The notes under the pieces were generated by a model. It did not search any database. It was not told the origin of the DNA and saw nothing but the letters and a program-made list of their open reading frames with translations. A program made the position numbers and the translations under genes. Shown here one piece after another: positions 25,001 to 46,800 of a stretch of 64,000 bases of DNA. The DNA is taken from NCBI GenBank assembly GCA_002269645.1, contig NIVC01002287.1, positions 21,429 to 85,428 on the forward strand, read 5' to 3'. Origin of the DNA: Macrostomum lignano. Lineage: Eukaryota. Position 1 is the first letter of the stretch. Each line of letters opens with the position of its first letter.

Positions 25001-26834
25001 ACTCGCAGTTCACCCTGATCGAGACCGTTGTCACCGCAGTGCAGGACAAGTGGCCTCGCACCCGGCGCTACAAGACCCTGCTAATCCTGGGCATTTCAGT
25101 CGTATTCTTCTTCATCGGACTGAGCATGTGCACTCCTGGCGGACCGCAGCTGCTGACCATCTTTGACGACTACAGCGGAGGCTGGAACATCATGGTGATC
25201 GCCATTCTCGAGTGCGTCTCCATCTGCTATGTATACGGCGTGAAGCGCTTTTGCGACGACATTGAGGCCATGACTGGACCCATCGTGGCTGGCTGCATCC
25301 CCTGGTTCATTTTTAAGTGGTGGTGGATCATCTGCTGGTGCGCCTTTACACCCGGCCTCGTCGCCGTGAGTATCTTTTGCACATGAAACTCTTTCGTTAA
25401 TCAGAATCATAGGCGGAATACCTAGAGTTTCTTTTAATGTCTTTCAGTGTCTGCTAGTGTCTGCTAGTATCTTCTAGTGTCTTCTAGTGTCTTCTAGTGT
25501 CTTCTAGTGTCTGCTACTGTCTTCTAGTGTCTGCTACTGTCTGCTAGTGTCCGCTAGTGTCTTCTAGTGTCTGCTAGTGTCTGCTAGTGTCTGCTAGTAT
25601 CTTCTAGTGTCTTCTAGTGTCTTCTAGTGCCTTCTAGTGTCTTCTAGTGTCTGCTAGTGTCTGCTAGTGTCTTCTAGTGTCTGCTACTGTCTGCTAGTGT
25701 CTTCTAGTGTCTGCTACTGTCTGCTACTGTCTTCTAGTGTCTGCTAGTCTCTGCTAGTGTCTTCTAGTGTCTTCTAGTACTCAAATATTCTAATATCGTT
25801 TTGTTTCTTCTTGTTTAGAGTGTCGTCGCTGTGATAAGTTAAAAGAATCTAGGTAGAAAATGCTAAAAGTTGGCAGAGCAGAGCTGATCAAACCAATCTA
25901 GTTGATTTTCTTCTAAAACTCCACATCAACAGGTGACGATGGTTTTCTCCTGGGTGAAGTTCAGCCCATCATCGTACGGCGGCAACGTGCTGCCCGACTG
26001 GGCTCAGGTCATCGGCTGGCTGCTGACTTTCAGCGTGCTGGCCAGCATCGTTGTGGTATCGGGCATCGCCGTCTGGCAGTCCCGTGGCAACCTGCGCGCC
26101 CTGGTGCAGCCGACTCGCTACTGGGGCCCAGCGCTGGTCAAGTTCCGACAGGAGGTGGCCGATGCCGGCTACGCGCCCGGCTTCGTGGTCGATCCCTGGA
26201 CTGAGGACAATATCGAAGATCCGTCGAACCCGCATCACAAGTATGACGAGGACAAGGGCTACCAAGTGAGTTATGGGGCCATTAGTAGTAAGAAAAGGAC
26301 GAAACACTATAAAGATCATGAACTGTTATTGGGAAGGCCAATTCTGCTTAAAATTGATGCATCAGTGAGAGCAGATATGTATTGTCTATTGTCAACTTCC
26401 TTTGCATCGTTTTGAATTAGTAGGTATAATGTTGAGCCTGAGGTGCCTTTGCAATATTTACAAATGTGTTTGTGAGATAAAACTACACAATTAATATAGA
26501 CAATATGCTCGTATTTTTTCTCGTCTAAAGACTGCTCGTAACAAAATCCTGTCAATATTTAATATTTATTTAAAATTAAAATATTTAGGCTTGCAATTAT
26601 ATATATTATGAATATATAATGAATATATAAAAGTAGAGGCTAGAAAGGGAACAGCACCGATCTAAATGATGAATTCAGAAGAGGAATTTGTCCTTCAGAT
26701 AAAATTTGTACATTTTAAATAGTTGTCTTCTTAATAGCAGTGCTGTTCAAAAGTTTAATCGGACGCTTAAATATTCGACAATCAACCCATTGCAGAATTC
26801 GCAGTTCGAGCATGACGAAGCCACAAAGATGTGA
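22013..26834 (+). CDS. SLC6 sodium/chloride-dependent amino-acid transporter, glycine transporter (GlyT)-like
   Basis: Exons 22013-22150, 22233-22407, 22490-22621, 22719-22859, 22937-23132, 23289-23424, 24442-24805, 24896-25365, 25933-26265 and a probable last exon 26796-26834 ([12 protein letters not shown]). Motifs: [83 protein letters not shown]. The last exon is less certain. Confidence 0.96.
25445..25778. repeat. 10-bp minisatellite (ctagtgtctg / ctagtgtctt), ~33 units, in SLC6 intron 8
   Basis: Direct reading. Confidence 0.97.
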
Positions 26835-28375
26835 ACGAATAGCGATGAGCAGTTTTAACAAACTTGATTTACTGTGAGGCTTCTGGGGGATACAGCAGTT
26901 TGGGTCTCGCGTGCGTTCTACGTTTTACAGTAGCTTTCTGCTGTGTAACTTCGTTTGATAAAGTTTTAATTTATAGCTTATTTGTTATTTTACTTACAGC
27001 ATAAAATTGTAGAAAATTTCATTTATCCTTCCTTTTGGCTCAATGTATTCTTTATTAGAGCACATTACCGTAGGTCATAGTCGTATGTAATTGCATTGAA
27101 AAGCAAATAATCAGTCCAAATTATTTTAATCGCTTGACACGACTAAAACACGCGATAAAGGAAAAATTTTGTTTTTTATTGCGAAATTTTTTTAATAGAC
27201 GCGCTAACAGAAAGGCTATTTATAGTTTTAGTTTAGTGTATGACTTCCATTTCCTACAAATAAAAACACTATCTTAAGTAATTTTTTTAAAACCTTTTTT
27301 GAATACTTTATTCATATGTTTAATAAGAACTAAGTTTTGCTTTCTCGTTGGTGTTTTATCGTTGGAAAACTATTAATCATTTACCTCGCCACTGCGGTGA
27401 ACCGCTTTTTTCATAAATTTTAAATCATGGTGAATAGTTTCTTGGAAAATTAATGTTAAATAGTTTATAAACCATACATTTAATTACTCTATCGATAGCA
27501 TTGGACGCGTCTTGATTCTTTGAACATAAATAAATAAATATTCGATGTCATCTAACAATTTTTACGGGATGCATCTGCAGTAGCTATGACTTGTTTTCTG
27601 ATTTCTCATTCTAGACTGGTCTGTTTCACATGGATTTCCCAGTGAAATAAATGTCATTAAGCTGATGGCTCAAAGAAAAATTTTATCTGTTTAGAAATAA
27701 ATTATTTATTCAAATAAATAAATAAATTATTTCAAACAATTAAAGGAAATCTCTAATTCCAAAAAACAAAGATTTTTTAATTTGTTTAGTTTTAATTATT
27801 TAACATATAAACTCAACATTGAATACGCTGACCAGTATGAATCTTCATGCTTATAATTAATTAATATAATTCATACGGTTGACACTCTGAGAAACGAATC
27901 GAATTCGCGCAAAACTTACACGAAGAAACCAGTCTAAAACATTAATATAAAGCAGAACTAGCTACATGTACTTGACCAATTTAGATGGTAATAACGCCGA
28001 ATTATTTGAAAAATCGGAAACATCTGCTCGAAGTTCTGTTAAAATCAGTTTCCTAATCAAGTTTAATTTTGATTCCGTTTCGCTCCGGCGCAATCATCGT
28101 AATGCTGTTTATTGGTTAAGAAATCAAGCACATTATAAAAGCAATTTACTTAACTAATTAAAAAATTAATATAGAAAAAAGCTAATTAATGCTTTACTGC
28201 TCAACATTCACTGCTCGAAGCTCGAAGCATGGAATTAGCTACCAGTTCAAAACATCTTTATGCCGGAGCCTGAAGATTAAAATTCTGTTCCCACCGGCTT
28301 GGTCAGCAGGGCTGGCCAATGGCCATAGACTAACGCTGCCACTTTAACACTCTGCTATGCATGTGTACATGTCAT

Positions 28376-29358
28376 TATTGTACCCTTTTGACTTCCCTTG
28401 TCTATGGCCCAGACATAGTGCGGATGCTGAGTATGAAATGCGATTGTTGCCGGAATGCGCTTTGAAAGGGTTGTAGAGATAATCAATCGTCTATGGCAAA
28501 TTTAGTTGCTCTCTAAATGAAAGGGTTGTAGAGATAATTAATCGCTTATGGCAAATTTAAAGGACAGTGAAGACAGCTAGCCTGGCTGCCATGATTTAAT
28601 TCTCAAGTTGATTTTGAGCTTGAATTAATTCTCCTATTCGGAGTGCAAATAGGAAAAGTAGCTATGATTCGCTACGCAAACATTCCTGGCGGAGAAATAT
28701 GTGGACTCTCCACGGACGAGTTGGCTTTTGTCACCCGAGAGTCGAGCACGCGCTACGTTCTGGAGATGGACAACCTGGATAACTGTATGGAATGGAACCT
28801 GGATGGAAAACTGTAAGAATACTGTCTTACCCAACTGCTGAAACTTAGGTGAACTGTTTGGCCAAGGCCGGTTTCGATAATCAAGCGATTACACTAATGA
28901 CGGGACACAAGAATTCGAGCTCAGTGGATGTATACAAGCGGCGAGACATGGACTGTGTGGCCCGAATGAGCGCTTGTCTGGCTGCCTATGGGTCCAAAGT
29001 CACCAAGATTGACGACGATGCGGAATCCACCATCGAAAGTGTGACAACTGGGTCTGATAGAGGCGAGCTGATGAAAGCACCCGAGGGCGGCCAAGACCTG
29101 CCGAGAAGCCTCTGTGGTGGTCAGTTCCACAACTGCACATTCAACTTTTACGGAAAGTAAAACAATTGATTCGATCGGTTTGTTCTTAAGAACTTTTTGT
29201 GACTATGAAACACTTTCGCCGTGTTGCTATTGTTGTTCCTTGTTTTGATAGCCAAATACATTCGTCTGAAATCCGGCAACAATCGAAAAAAGCCGACAAA
29301 CAATTAAATTGTTACCGCAAGTATGAATGCCGGAAACCATAGACAAAAGGGAACAATA
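28376..29358 (+). mobile_element. Internally deleted tyrosine-recombinase (Crypton-like) element bounded by inverted repeats
   Basis: 28849-29160 encodes ..CLAKAGFDNQAITLMTGHKNSSSVDVY.., the C-terminal catalytic H/Y region of Crypton/DUF3504-type recombinases. Left end tattgtacccttttg[acttcccttg]tctatgg (28376-28407) is the inverse of right end ccatagacaaaagggaacaata (29337-29358). Confidence 0.65.
28849..29160 (+). pseudogene. Tyrosine recombinase C-terminal fragment
   Basis: Has the TGHKN...VY motif but lacks the upstream HSxR box. It is preceded by an acceptor-like cttag at 28844-28848. Confidence 0.7.
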
Positions 29359-29579
29359 TTCAATGACTGGGGATCACTGCTGGCCATGCTAGGCAGGAAA
29401 GGCTCTCTAGAAGTCAAGTTTGTCTCACCCACAGACTATGGAACTATAGACCCACAGGCTAAGGGTTTTACATGTAGTTAAGGACAACTGTGTTGACTAC
29501 CAGGCAGCTTGAAGTTTTAAAGAGGTAGCATACAGACACTTCAATTTAAGCACGGGATCCAAATAGTACCACTAAGTAT

Positions 29580-37586
<8,007 letters not shown>

Positions 37587-38380
37587 CTGTCTCCTTGTCC
37601 GGACAGCCGGACACCTGAGTGCCCGGCACTCCCAGACGGCCCGGACGGCCGGGCGAAGATGGCTCTCTGGACAACAGTGTCGCTGCTGGCGCTTGCGGTA
37701 TCAAATGCCGACTACTACTATCATTGAGAGCAGGCCTCCGGTTGAATTACAGAGCAAATAGTTGCCTTGAGCAAGGAGGAAGCAAAGCAAATGAGGATAG
37801 TTGGTAAGGCAAGGGCTGCAGGCATGCAGAGTACTGCTAATAGAAAAAAGAAGGGCTTCAATCCCTCGGAAGTGAAACCTTTTCTCCCTCCCTCTGCCTT
37901 CTGCCCCTGGTGTGTATATTTATTCACCGCGTGGCTGAAAGCCAGCACCAATTGGCCTTGGCCTCGGGAACAAGTAGCGAGACCCCGCCTCTCAGCTCGC
38001 AGCCCCGGGTCGATTCGCCAGCCACTCCCTCCAGCCCTACGCATGCGCCATTAGGGTATGGGGGAGCAGCGCCACAGGGATTAGGGATTAGCGCGCATAA
38101 AAATAGTCAGGGATAGGTGGACTGGGCTGTTGCAAGTTGTCAGAAAGGATTCCAATCTTCACCACAAAATCTTGTTGGCTAATCAGCAAAGGTTACTGAT
38201 AGATCACAGAATTTTGCCGCTAAACCAGTGACAAAATGACTAAGACACGATGAACCACTATAAATGTATAACGGCGCCAGCTACTGCAAGTAGCGCATTG
38301 CGGAAAAGTTCACGACTCTAAGTCTTGGTTAGTATAAGATCAGCTGAGAATTTGTCCAGGACTTCTCGTACTCTTGGTCA

Positions 38381-39374
38381 TCAGATAGACCAACACTTAC
38401 TCAGAGGTCCTCAGACAGACCAACACTTACTCAGAGGTCCTCAGATAGACCAACACCTACTCAGAGGTCCTCAGACAGACCAACACCTACTCAGAGGTCC
38501 TCAGACAGACCAACACTTACTCAGAGGTCCTCAGACAGACCAACACCTACTCAGAGGTCCTCAGACAGACCAACACTTACTCAGAAGTCCTCAGACAGAC
38601 CAACACTTACTCAGAGGTCCTCAGACAGACCAACACTTACTCAGAGGTCCTCAGATAGACCAACACTTACTCAGAGGTTCTCAGACAGACCAACACTTAC
38701 TCAGAGGTCCTCAGACAGACCAACACTTACTCAGAGGTTCTCAGACAGAACAACACTTACTCAGAAGTCCTCAGACAGACCAACACTTACTCAGAGGTCC
38801 TCAGACAGAACAACACTTACTCAGAGGTCCTCAGACAGACCAACACTTACTCAGAGGTCCTCAGACAGACCAACACTTACTCAGAGGTCCTCAGACAGAC
38901 CAACACTTACTCAGAGGTCCTCAGACAGAACAACACTTACTCAGAAGTCCTCAGACAGACCCAACACTTACTCAGAGGTTCTCAGATAGACCAACACTTA
39001 CTCAGAGGTTCTCAGACAGACCAACACTTACTCAGAGGTCCTCAGACAGAACAACACTTACTCAGAGGTCCTCAGACAGACCAACACTTACTCAGAGGTT
39101 CTCAGACAGAACAACACTTACTCAGAGGTCCTCAGACAGACCAACACTTACTCAGAGGTCCTCAGACAGAACAACACTTACTCAGAAGTCCTCAGACAGA
39201 CCCAACACTTACTCAGAGGTTCTCAGATAGACCAACACTTACTCAGAGGTTCTCAGACAGACCAACACTTACTCAGAGGTCCTCAGACAGAACAACACTT
39301 ACTCAGAGGTCCTCAGACAGACCAACACTTACTCAGAGGTTCTCAGACAGAACAACACTTACTCAGAAGTCCTC
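38381..39374. repeat. 30/31-bp minisatellite (cagacagaccaacacttactcagaggtcct), ~33 units
   Basis: Direct reading. It explains ORF 38325-39230. Confidence 0.98.
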
Positions 39375-40805
39375 AATGATAAGTCGCTAATCACCACGTG
39401 GTCCTTGTACACCAGCAGACAGTTACCAAATGGTCCCAAACAAAAACAGTGCCACTCCAACCCTTAAATAAAACACAGCACGAGAAACTGCAAGACTTGC
39501 ATTATTGAAAAGCAAAATCCGACTGAAAGAAATAAAGTGCACAGCCGCTTCGCACTGCTCGGCCGTGCCTAGCAATATTTATTTACATAAAAAGCAAAAT
39601 TAAAAGTCAATAAACCAATTCCGAAATTCAATAACCAATTCAATGCTCAATGCAGATGACACAGTTATTTAATTATTTAAATTTATGAACGAATAATGAA
39701 CACAACAGCTGTTGAAAACTGATAATTAACCAATTAATTTTTTGTTTGGAGAAGTCAGCAAAGTACATTGGAATTTGAAAGCCAATGGAACTGCCACTTT
39801 TCTGCGGACTGAGACCATGCAATAAAATAAAACATATTGAAGCATCAGGTGACCTGGCAATCACATCGCATGGATACTATATTAAAATATAACAGACGAT
39901 TATCTTATGGTATACACGAAATTAGTATTCTACTAATCTAAGGCACACAGGAATTTGTGACGTAAATTATTTTATCCCATTGCAATTCAGAGAGACATTC
40001 GACAGCCAATGCATAAAATCCACCAATGGTAGGTATTGAATATCATAGAAAACCAAAAATTAAAAAAGCTGTACTAATTAAAAAACGCGCAAGATTCTGA
40101 ACTGCCTATACAATAATAAAGTGCAGATAATAATGATAATATGCATACTTGAAAGCTTGTTCAATGGTGGCTTGTAACCAACAACAGCACAACAGCAAAA
40201 GAGTAATGAAGGGAATGATGAAGCGTGCAAAGTTTTGATATGGACTGTGGCGGCTGGGAGGGGGGCGGAGGAAGATTGAAGCAAATCCGGACAAAGATCA
40301 GAAAAAACAACAACTACCCGCGGGGAAAAATTGCAGCGACGACAAGCAACGACAGGCTAGAAACGACAGCCTTGTCGATTTACTATAATATGAATGATGT
40401 ATGATGTAGGATACAACTCAGTAGTATCCTGCAAATGCGCGCTTGCAAATCCGATTCGCTGCCTGCTTTCGATCGGCTTCTGATTGGTCGACTGCCAATG
40501 CCAACGACAGGGTGACTTGTCGTCAACTTGCCGTCATTGCAATTTTTTCCCAGCGGCTAGGGAACAATGGTGGCTTTGTACCATAACGCAGCGCACATAC
40601 TACTCAAGCAACTTCAGCAGTAGTATTATTGCTTAGTTTCTTACCATTACCTTCCAACTTGTTCATTTTATTATCTATCTTAAAAAACACCATAGACAAA
40701 AACTGGAAGCCTATTGAATACCTACGAATTTGTGTTTGGGATGATAATGAATGTTGATAATGAAGAATAGGAGATTGATAGTTCCCCAAAAAGAATTCTT
40801 CATTG

Positions 40806-43800
40806 TCATACTTTAATCTGCTGTCCGCGCCGGTCCACAAGGCGCTGGCGCAGATCAATCAGGCTCTGCCGGATGCCGTCCAGAGATTCTAACGCTGCCT
40901 CCACTGCCGAGGCCAGCTGTTCGACATCCACAGGCTGCTGCGGCCCGCCCTCAGCTGCCGGCGTGGACGACTGAGACGCCGGCTGGTGCTGGTGCGGCAG
41001 CAGGGCGGCCTGGTCCAGCAGCACCTGCAGCCGATTGCAGCGGGCGTGCAGGCTGCAGAAGCAGATCAGCAGAAGACAGCAGAGAGCAAGCAGGCAGCCA
41101 ACCACAAGCCGGCCACTGCCAACGCTGGTGGAGCGTTGAAAGAAGGCGCCGCTGCTGACGGGGGAAGCGCCGTCGGCTGGCAGGGGCGGCGCAGCGGACT
41201 GCAGGTCGGGCACGAGTTCGTCAGCTTCCAGAGCGTCGACGCCGCCGACCGCGGCCAAGCTGGCGGCCGAGGCGTCGGCGTCCTCAACGGCGGCCGGATT
41301 GGCGCCGGCGGAGTTGGGCAGGCCGGGCGCGCCGCGCGCCGCCAAATAGCTGATAAGGCAGGCGCGCATGGCGCTAAAATGCTCCGCTAAGCCTTTCTTA
41401 GCCGAGCTGTCAATCAGGTTGCGCACAATTTTAAAGAGCGACCGAGTGAAGCGCAGATCGGTGGTGACGCGCAGCCTGCAGGAGTCCGGGCCGTGGCCGC
41501 GCAGGCAATAGCGGGCCCGGGTGTGGAAGCTGTCGCAGTAGGGCACCTCCCGGCTGCGCACCGTGACGTCGACGCAGTAGGAGCGGCCAGGCCGGCAGTC
41601 GGCCAGGCGGTAGGCCTGCTCCTCCACCTGCTGGGCCGAGCGCGGGCCCACGGCGTTGTTCAACGGCAGGGTGAAAGTCACCCGGCGGGCGCGCCATTCA
41701 ACAACGTCGGCCGCGGAATCGACGACTGCTGCTGATTCCGTCATCGCCTGATCGACTGCCGGCGGCAGCGCCGGGCGCCAGGGCTCGGCGCAGACGTCCG
41801 TCATGCCGCGATGACGGGCGAACTGGCGGAACCAGGCGGACTTGTGAGCGAACAGGCACTGGAACACGGTGTCTACATTGGCTGGCAGCTGTACATTCAG
41901 ATATTCGTCGGCGAAGTGCTCGTGCCGATCGCACGGGTCTGCCGAGTGGTCGCCGGCCTCGCTAGACTCCGGGTCCTCGTCGGCACCGCGGCCGCCTGTC
42001 CGACGGTTGCGCAAGCCGAACTCAGCAGCCAGCGCGTCAGCAGCGGCCGGACTGGACGAGTTACCGTCGGTGCCGCCGCCACCAGCGGCACCGCTGATGC
42101 TGGCTTCGTCGCCGCCGGTATCTGAAGCCGTCGCCTGAGCGGCATCCTCGCCGTTGGAGTCGGCGGATCCGGCGCCCACCGAGGAGCGTCTGCGGCCGGA
42201 CGACGGGGCACCGCCTTGATCTGCGTCTTCTTTGTCCAGGCCTGGAACCCGGGGAGTCGGAAACACCTTTACTACAGGAGAACACTCTAAAGTACATGGA
42301 TACAGCGACACTCTAAAGTACAGTAGAATAAGAACACTCTAAAGTACAGGAGAATAAGAGCACACACTAAAGTACAGGAATGAGAATAAGAACATTCTAA
42401 AGTGCTAAGAACACTCTAAAGTACAGGAATAAGAACACTAAGAACACTCTAAAGTACAGGAGAATAAGAACACTCTAAAGTACAGGAGAATAAGAACACT
42501 CTAAAGTACAGGAGAATAAGAACACTCTAAAGTACAGGAGAATAAGAACACACTCACCCAACTGACTGCCGTAGTTCTCCCGCACCAGCTCCCAGAACAG
42601 TACGGGATCCAGCGGCTCCGGCCGAATCGCCTTCTGCCACAGCAGGTCGAGCATACTGTGCAGCCGATCCCGAGACCCGATGCTGGTGAAGAAGTACCGG
42701 TCCGAGCCGGTCTGGACGCTGATGGCGTTGGGAATCACCCGAGCTGTCCGCTCCTTGGAGATGCCGATAACCGAGGTCAATTGAATCGAGAACCGAGTCT
42801 CGAAACCGATTATTTTCGAGTAGAAACAGAGTCTGGATGCCGTGGCGTACAAGCGGCCCTAGTGCAAAGCAAATTTATGAAAGCTTTGTGAATTTTATAG
42901 ACTCTACTCAAATTTTATTCTGTGCGCGGCCCTGTGTGAGCGTGCGTGTGGCAGGGCCCAAAGCCCCCCTAGAAAGCAGCTAACTGGAATCAAAATAAGC
43001 CGAAGTAGATCAAGATTAGGAAGTAAAGTAATCACGTATGTTGTAGCAGCACCAAAGCATTCATCATTTATTCTAATTATTTCTTATTCTATATTCCAAT
43101 CGCTTTAGTTCACCCATAGACACTTCTGTACTATTCGTTCGCCCCAGCGCTAAATAGCCCCCAACGCAATGATATATTCCTGCACGGTCACGAGTGCGGG
43201 AATGACATCTGCACGAGTGCACGATGTCCTTCACGCACGAGTGAACGTGAAGGAATTCCATTGTCGGATGATTCATCGTGCAGGAATGCACAAAACCGTG
43301 CAGGAATGCATTTCTGCGCCTAATGCTTTTTCAGTGAGATTTTACCATAGACATCCATTCCTGCACGCAAAAGAGTGCAAGAATGCCATTCCTGCATGGA
43401 AAATCAGCCGACAATGACAAAATATACTAAAAAGGCCTCCCGCTTTTGCTAGCTATCTTCGAAGTGCCACTTACACTCGTAAGCTTGTAGCGGTAACCTA
43501 ACGCTACAAATTGGTAGCAGAGCGTGCAATCCCAACACTCGACGACTACGACAAATGGAAGACACCCAACGTCAACAACCTCCATCAGACACTCCACCTG
43601 CAGCAGCTTCTGCGGAGAACGCCATACCGGAACCGGTAGCGTCGGTACAACGCGCCACAATTAGACCACCGCCGTTCTACCGTCAAGCACCCGAGATTTG
43701 GTTCCGCCAACTCGAGTCACAATTTACCCTGGCTGGAATCAGCTCCGCCAGCACCAAATTCCACCACGCACTGGCCGCTCTCCCGGAGGATGTTGCCTGC

Positions 43801-46800
43801 TACATCGACATAGACATCGTCGAATACAACCGACTCAAAACAGCTGTTCTAGACTCACTGCGCGCCAACCGCCACCAGCGTATCGAGGAAGCCCTTGCAG
43901 CAGTAGAACTCGGCGACAAACGCCCTTCGCAATTGGTAACTGACATTAAGCGCCGCTTCATCGAAGTGGGTTTAGCAGCCGACGAGTCTATCATCAAGTC
44001 ACGCCTGCTCACGGCGCTCCAACGCACATCCGTTCAGCGTTGGTCGGTCATGAAAACTCTCCGCTAGAAGACTTCGCCAAAATCGCCGACAGCATGTTAG
44101 CCGTCGCGGGCAGCCGAACTCCGTTTTTACCCATTCAGCGCACGTCCGAAGCCAGGGATTCGAGACCGCACGGCGCGTTCAAGCCTAGGCAGGCGTACGA
44201 AGGAGATCACCGGCAACAGCGATCCTATCGTAAGAGACCTAAGATCTGTAATGGCCATCTATTCTACGCTTCACAAGCCCGTACGTGCCGACCTTGGTGC
44301 AAATGGCCCGGTCCCAAACCCACAACGATGCTCAGCAGCCGCCAGACCACACCAGATCACTCGCGTGCAAACAGCCCAACTCTAGAAAGTGCTTCAAACT
44401 AGTCGGTCACGTGCCCTGGCCGACCCGTGACCAGAGCAAGGCCACCACTTTGTTACTCCGTTGCAACGTTCTTCGCACCATGGTTTCATTTATTGTTGAC
44501 ACTGGAGCCGAACGGTCACTCCTGCCTCTACAGTACGTCCCTCAAAATCTGCTTACTCCGACACCCGTGAAGTTGCGCAGCATTGGTGGACACGAGATCC
44601 GTACCTTTGGACAATGCTGCCTGACTCTCTCTATTCCGGGGCTCCGGCGACCATACCCAGCAACATTCATCGTCACTAATACGGCACCGATTCTCGGAGC
44701 GGATTTCTTCGTAAAGTTCGGTTTGATCATCGACCTTAAGTCGAGACGCATCACAGACCAGTAACGGAATTATCCACAGCCCTGAACTGCTCTTCCGATC
44801 CAGTTCCACAAATCAACGTGACAACGGAAATGGAACCATCAAACCCGCTCACCCAGTTTCCACGCGTACTAGAGGCGCCCGACTACACGACCCCATCCGC
44901 AACAGGCGTCCGACATCCGATCGAAACGGAAGGCGAGCCGATCTTCTGCCGACCACGACCACTGTCACCGGAAAAGTTCACTGTTGCAAAGGAAGAGTTT
45001 GACAAGCTGCTTCGACTCGGAATCGTCCGACCATCTTCCAGCCCGTGGGCATCGCCCCTTCATATGGTGAGAAAAAAAGACGGGTCTTGGCGCCCTTGTG
45101 GTGACTATCGAGCTTTGAACGCCGTGACCAAGCTCGATCGGTACCCCATACCGAACATTAACCACTTCCACAACCAGCTGCATGGGTCGAAAGTATTCAG
45201 CACCCTTGACCTCGTCAAGGCCTATCACTTCGTCCCCATGGCTGAAGACGCGATAGAAAAGACCGCAATCTGCACCCCTTTTGGATCTTTCGAATACCTT
45301 CGAATGCCCTTCGGACTGCGCAACGCAGCTAGCACGTTCCAGAGGTTCGTCGACGCAATCTTTCGAGATTTCCCCTTTGTCGTTTCATACATCGACGACA
45401 TCCTAGTGCACAGCACTTCTCGACAAGAACACGAGCAACATCTGCAAGCCATCCTTCAGCGTCTAACGGACAAAGGTCTGAGGGTTAACGCAGCAAAGTG
45501 TCAGTTCTTCCGAGACTCAGTGGAATTTCTGGGATACCTCGTATCAGCCGAGGGAATCAAGCCACTTCCCACTCGAGTGGAGGCCCTTCGCAAACTGCAG
45601 GCCCCGACCGATCAAAAGACGCTCCAGCGCTATCTGGGAATGTTTGGTTTCTACCAACGTTGCATCCCCGCATACGCCCAAGTAGTACAGCCTCTTCGCC
45701 AACTCGTCAGTTCGAGTCAGTTCGTCTGGACGAACCAGCATGACGAAGCTTGGAAACTGCTTCAAAACAGCCTGGCTGAGGCCGTAACTTTAGCGTTCCC
45801 CGAACCTAGCGCAACGCTCACTATCACTACGGACGCAAGCTCAACGGCCTTAGGCGCAGCCCTACATCAAGTGGTAGACGACAAGTCTGCACCCCTAGCT
45901 TTTTACTCGCGCAAACTGTCGGATACCGAGAGAGCCTACAGCACGTTCGACAGAGAACTACTGGCTATTTTCGCCGCCGTCAAAACCTGGAAGCACATGG
46001 TCCAAGGTCGCCCTGTCACGGTGTTCTGTGACCACAAGCCAATCGTGGGAGCTTTCAAGAATCGGAAACAGCGTTTCTCTGACCGCCAACAGCGCCAACT
46101 TTCAGCGATAACTGAGTACGTTCTCGACATTGTATACATCGCCGGTAAAGACAACGTAGTAGCCGACGCACTGTCTCGTCCAGAACCATCCTCAGTGACC
46201 CAGACCAACAACGTGCGACTCTTAGAAGATGTCCCAACAGCCGTTGACCTTCCGGCTATTGCAAGAGCTCAGAAAGATCTAACGCCTGAAGACACTCCGG
46301 CCGGCCAGTTCAAGCACTTTGACATCGGAATCCCAGAGTGCCCGCTTCGCTGCGAGACTTCACAAGCCAACCCACGCCCTGAAGTACCAGGACCGCTTCG
46401 CCGAAAAGTGTTCGATTCGCTACACACTTTGGCGCACCCGGGAGTAAAAGCGACACAGAGGCTTGTCGGATACCGTTTTTTCTGGCCTAATATGTTCGCC
46501 GACATCAAGAAGTGGGTCACTGAATGTGAGCGCTGCCAGCAATGCAAAGTTAGCAAGCATATTCACCGGCCGCTCCACCAGTTACCAGTACCATCGCAAC
46601 GATTCACGACGGTGCACATCGACCTAGTCGGACCATTGACGCCGCCCGAATCCGACGCGGTTGGACCAAAACCCCGATACCTGCTGACCATGGTAGATTC
46701 ATACACACGCTGGATCGAGGCTACTCCCGTCATGGACACCACGGCTGAGACCGTCGCGCGGACTTTCCTAGCATCCTGGATTGCCCGCTTCGGACCACCG

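Noticed and set aside
2962-29441. Shared 14-mer CCCACAGACTATGG near the piggyBac end and the Crypton-like end
   Set aside because: Several exact 14-mer matches are expected by chance in 64 kb, and the flanks do not align.
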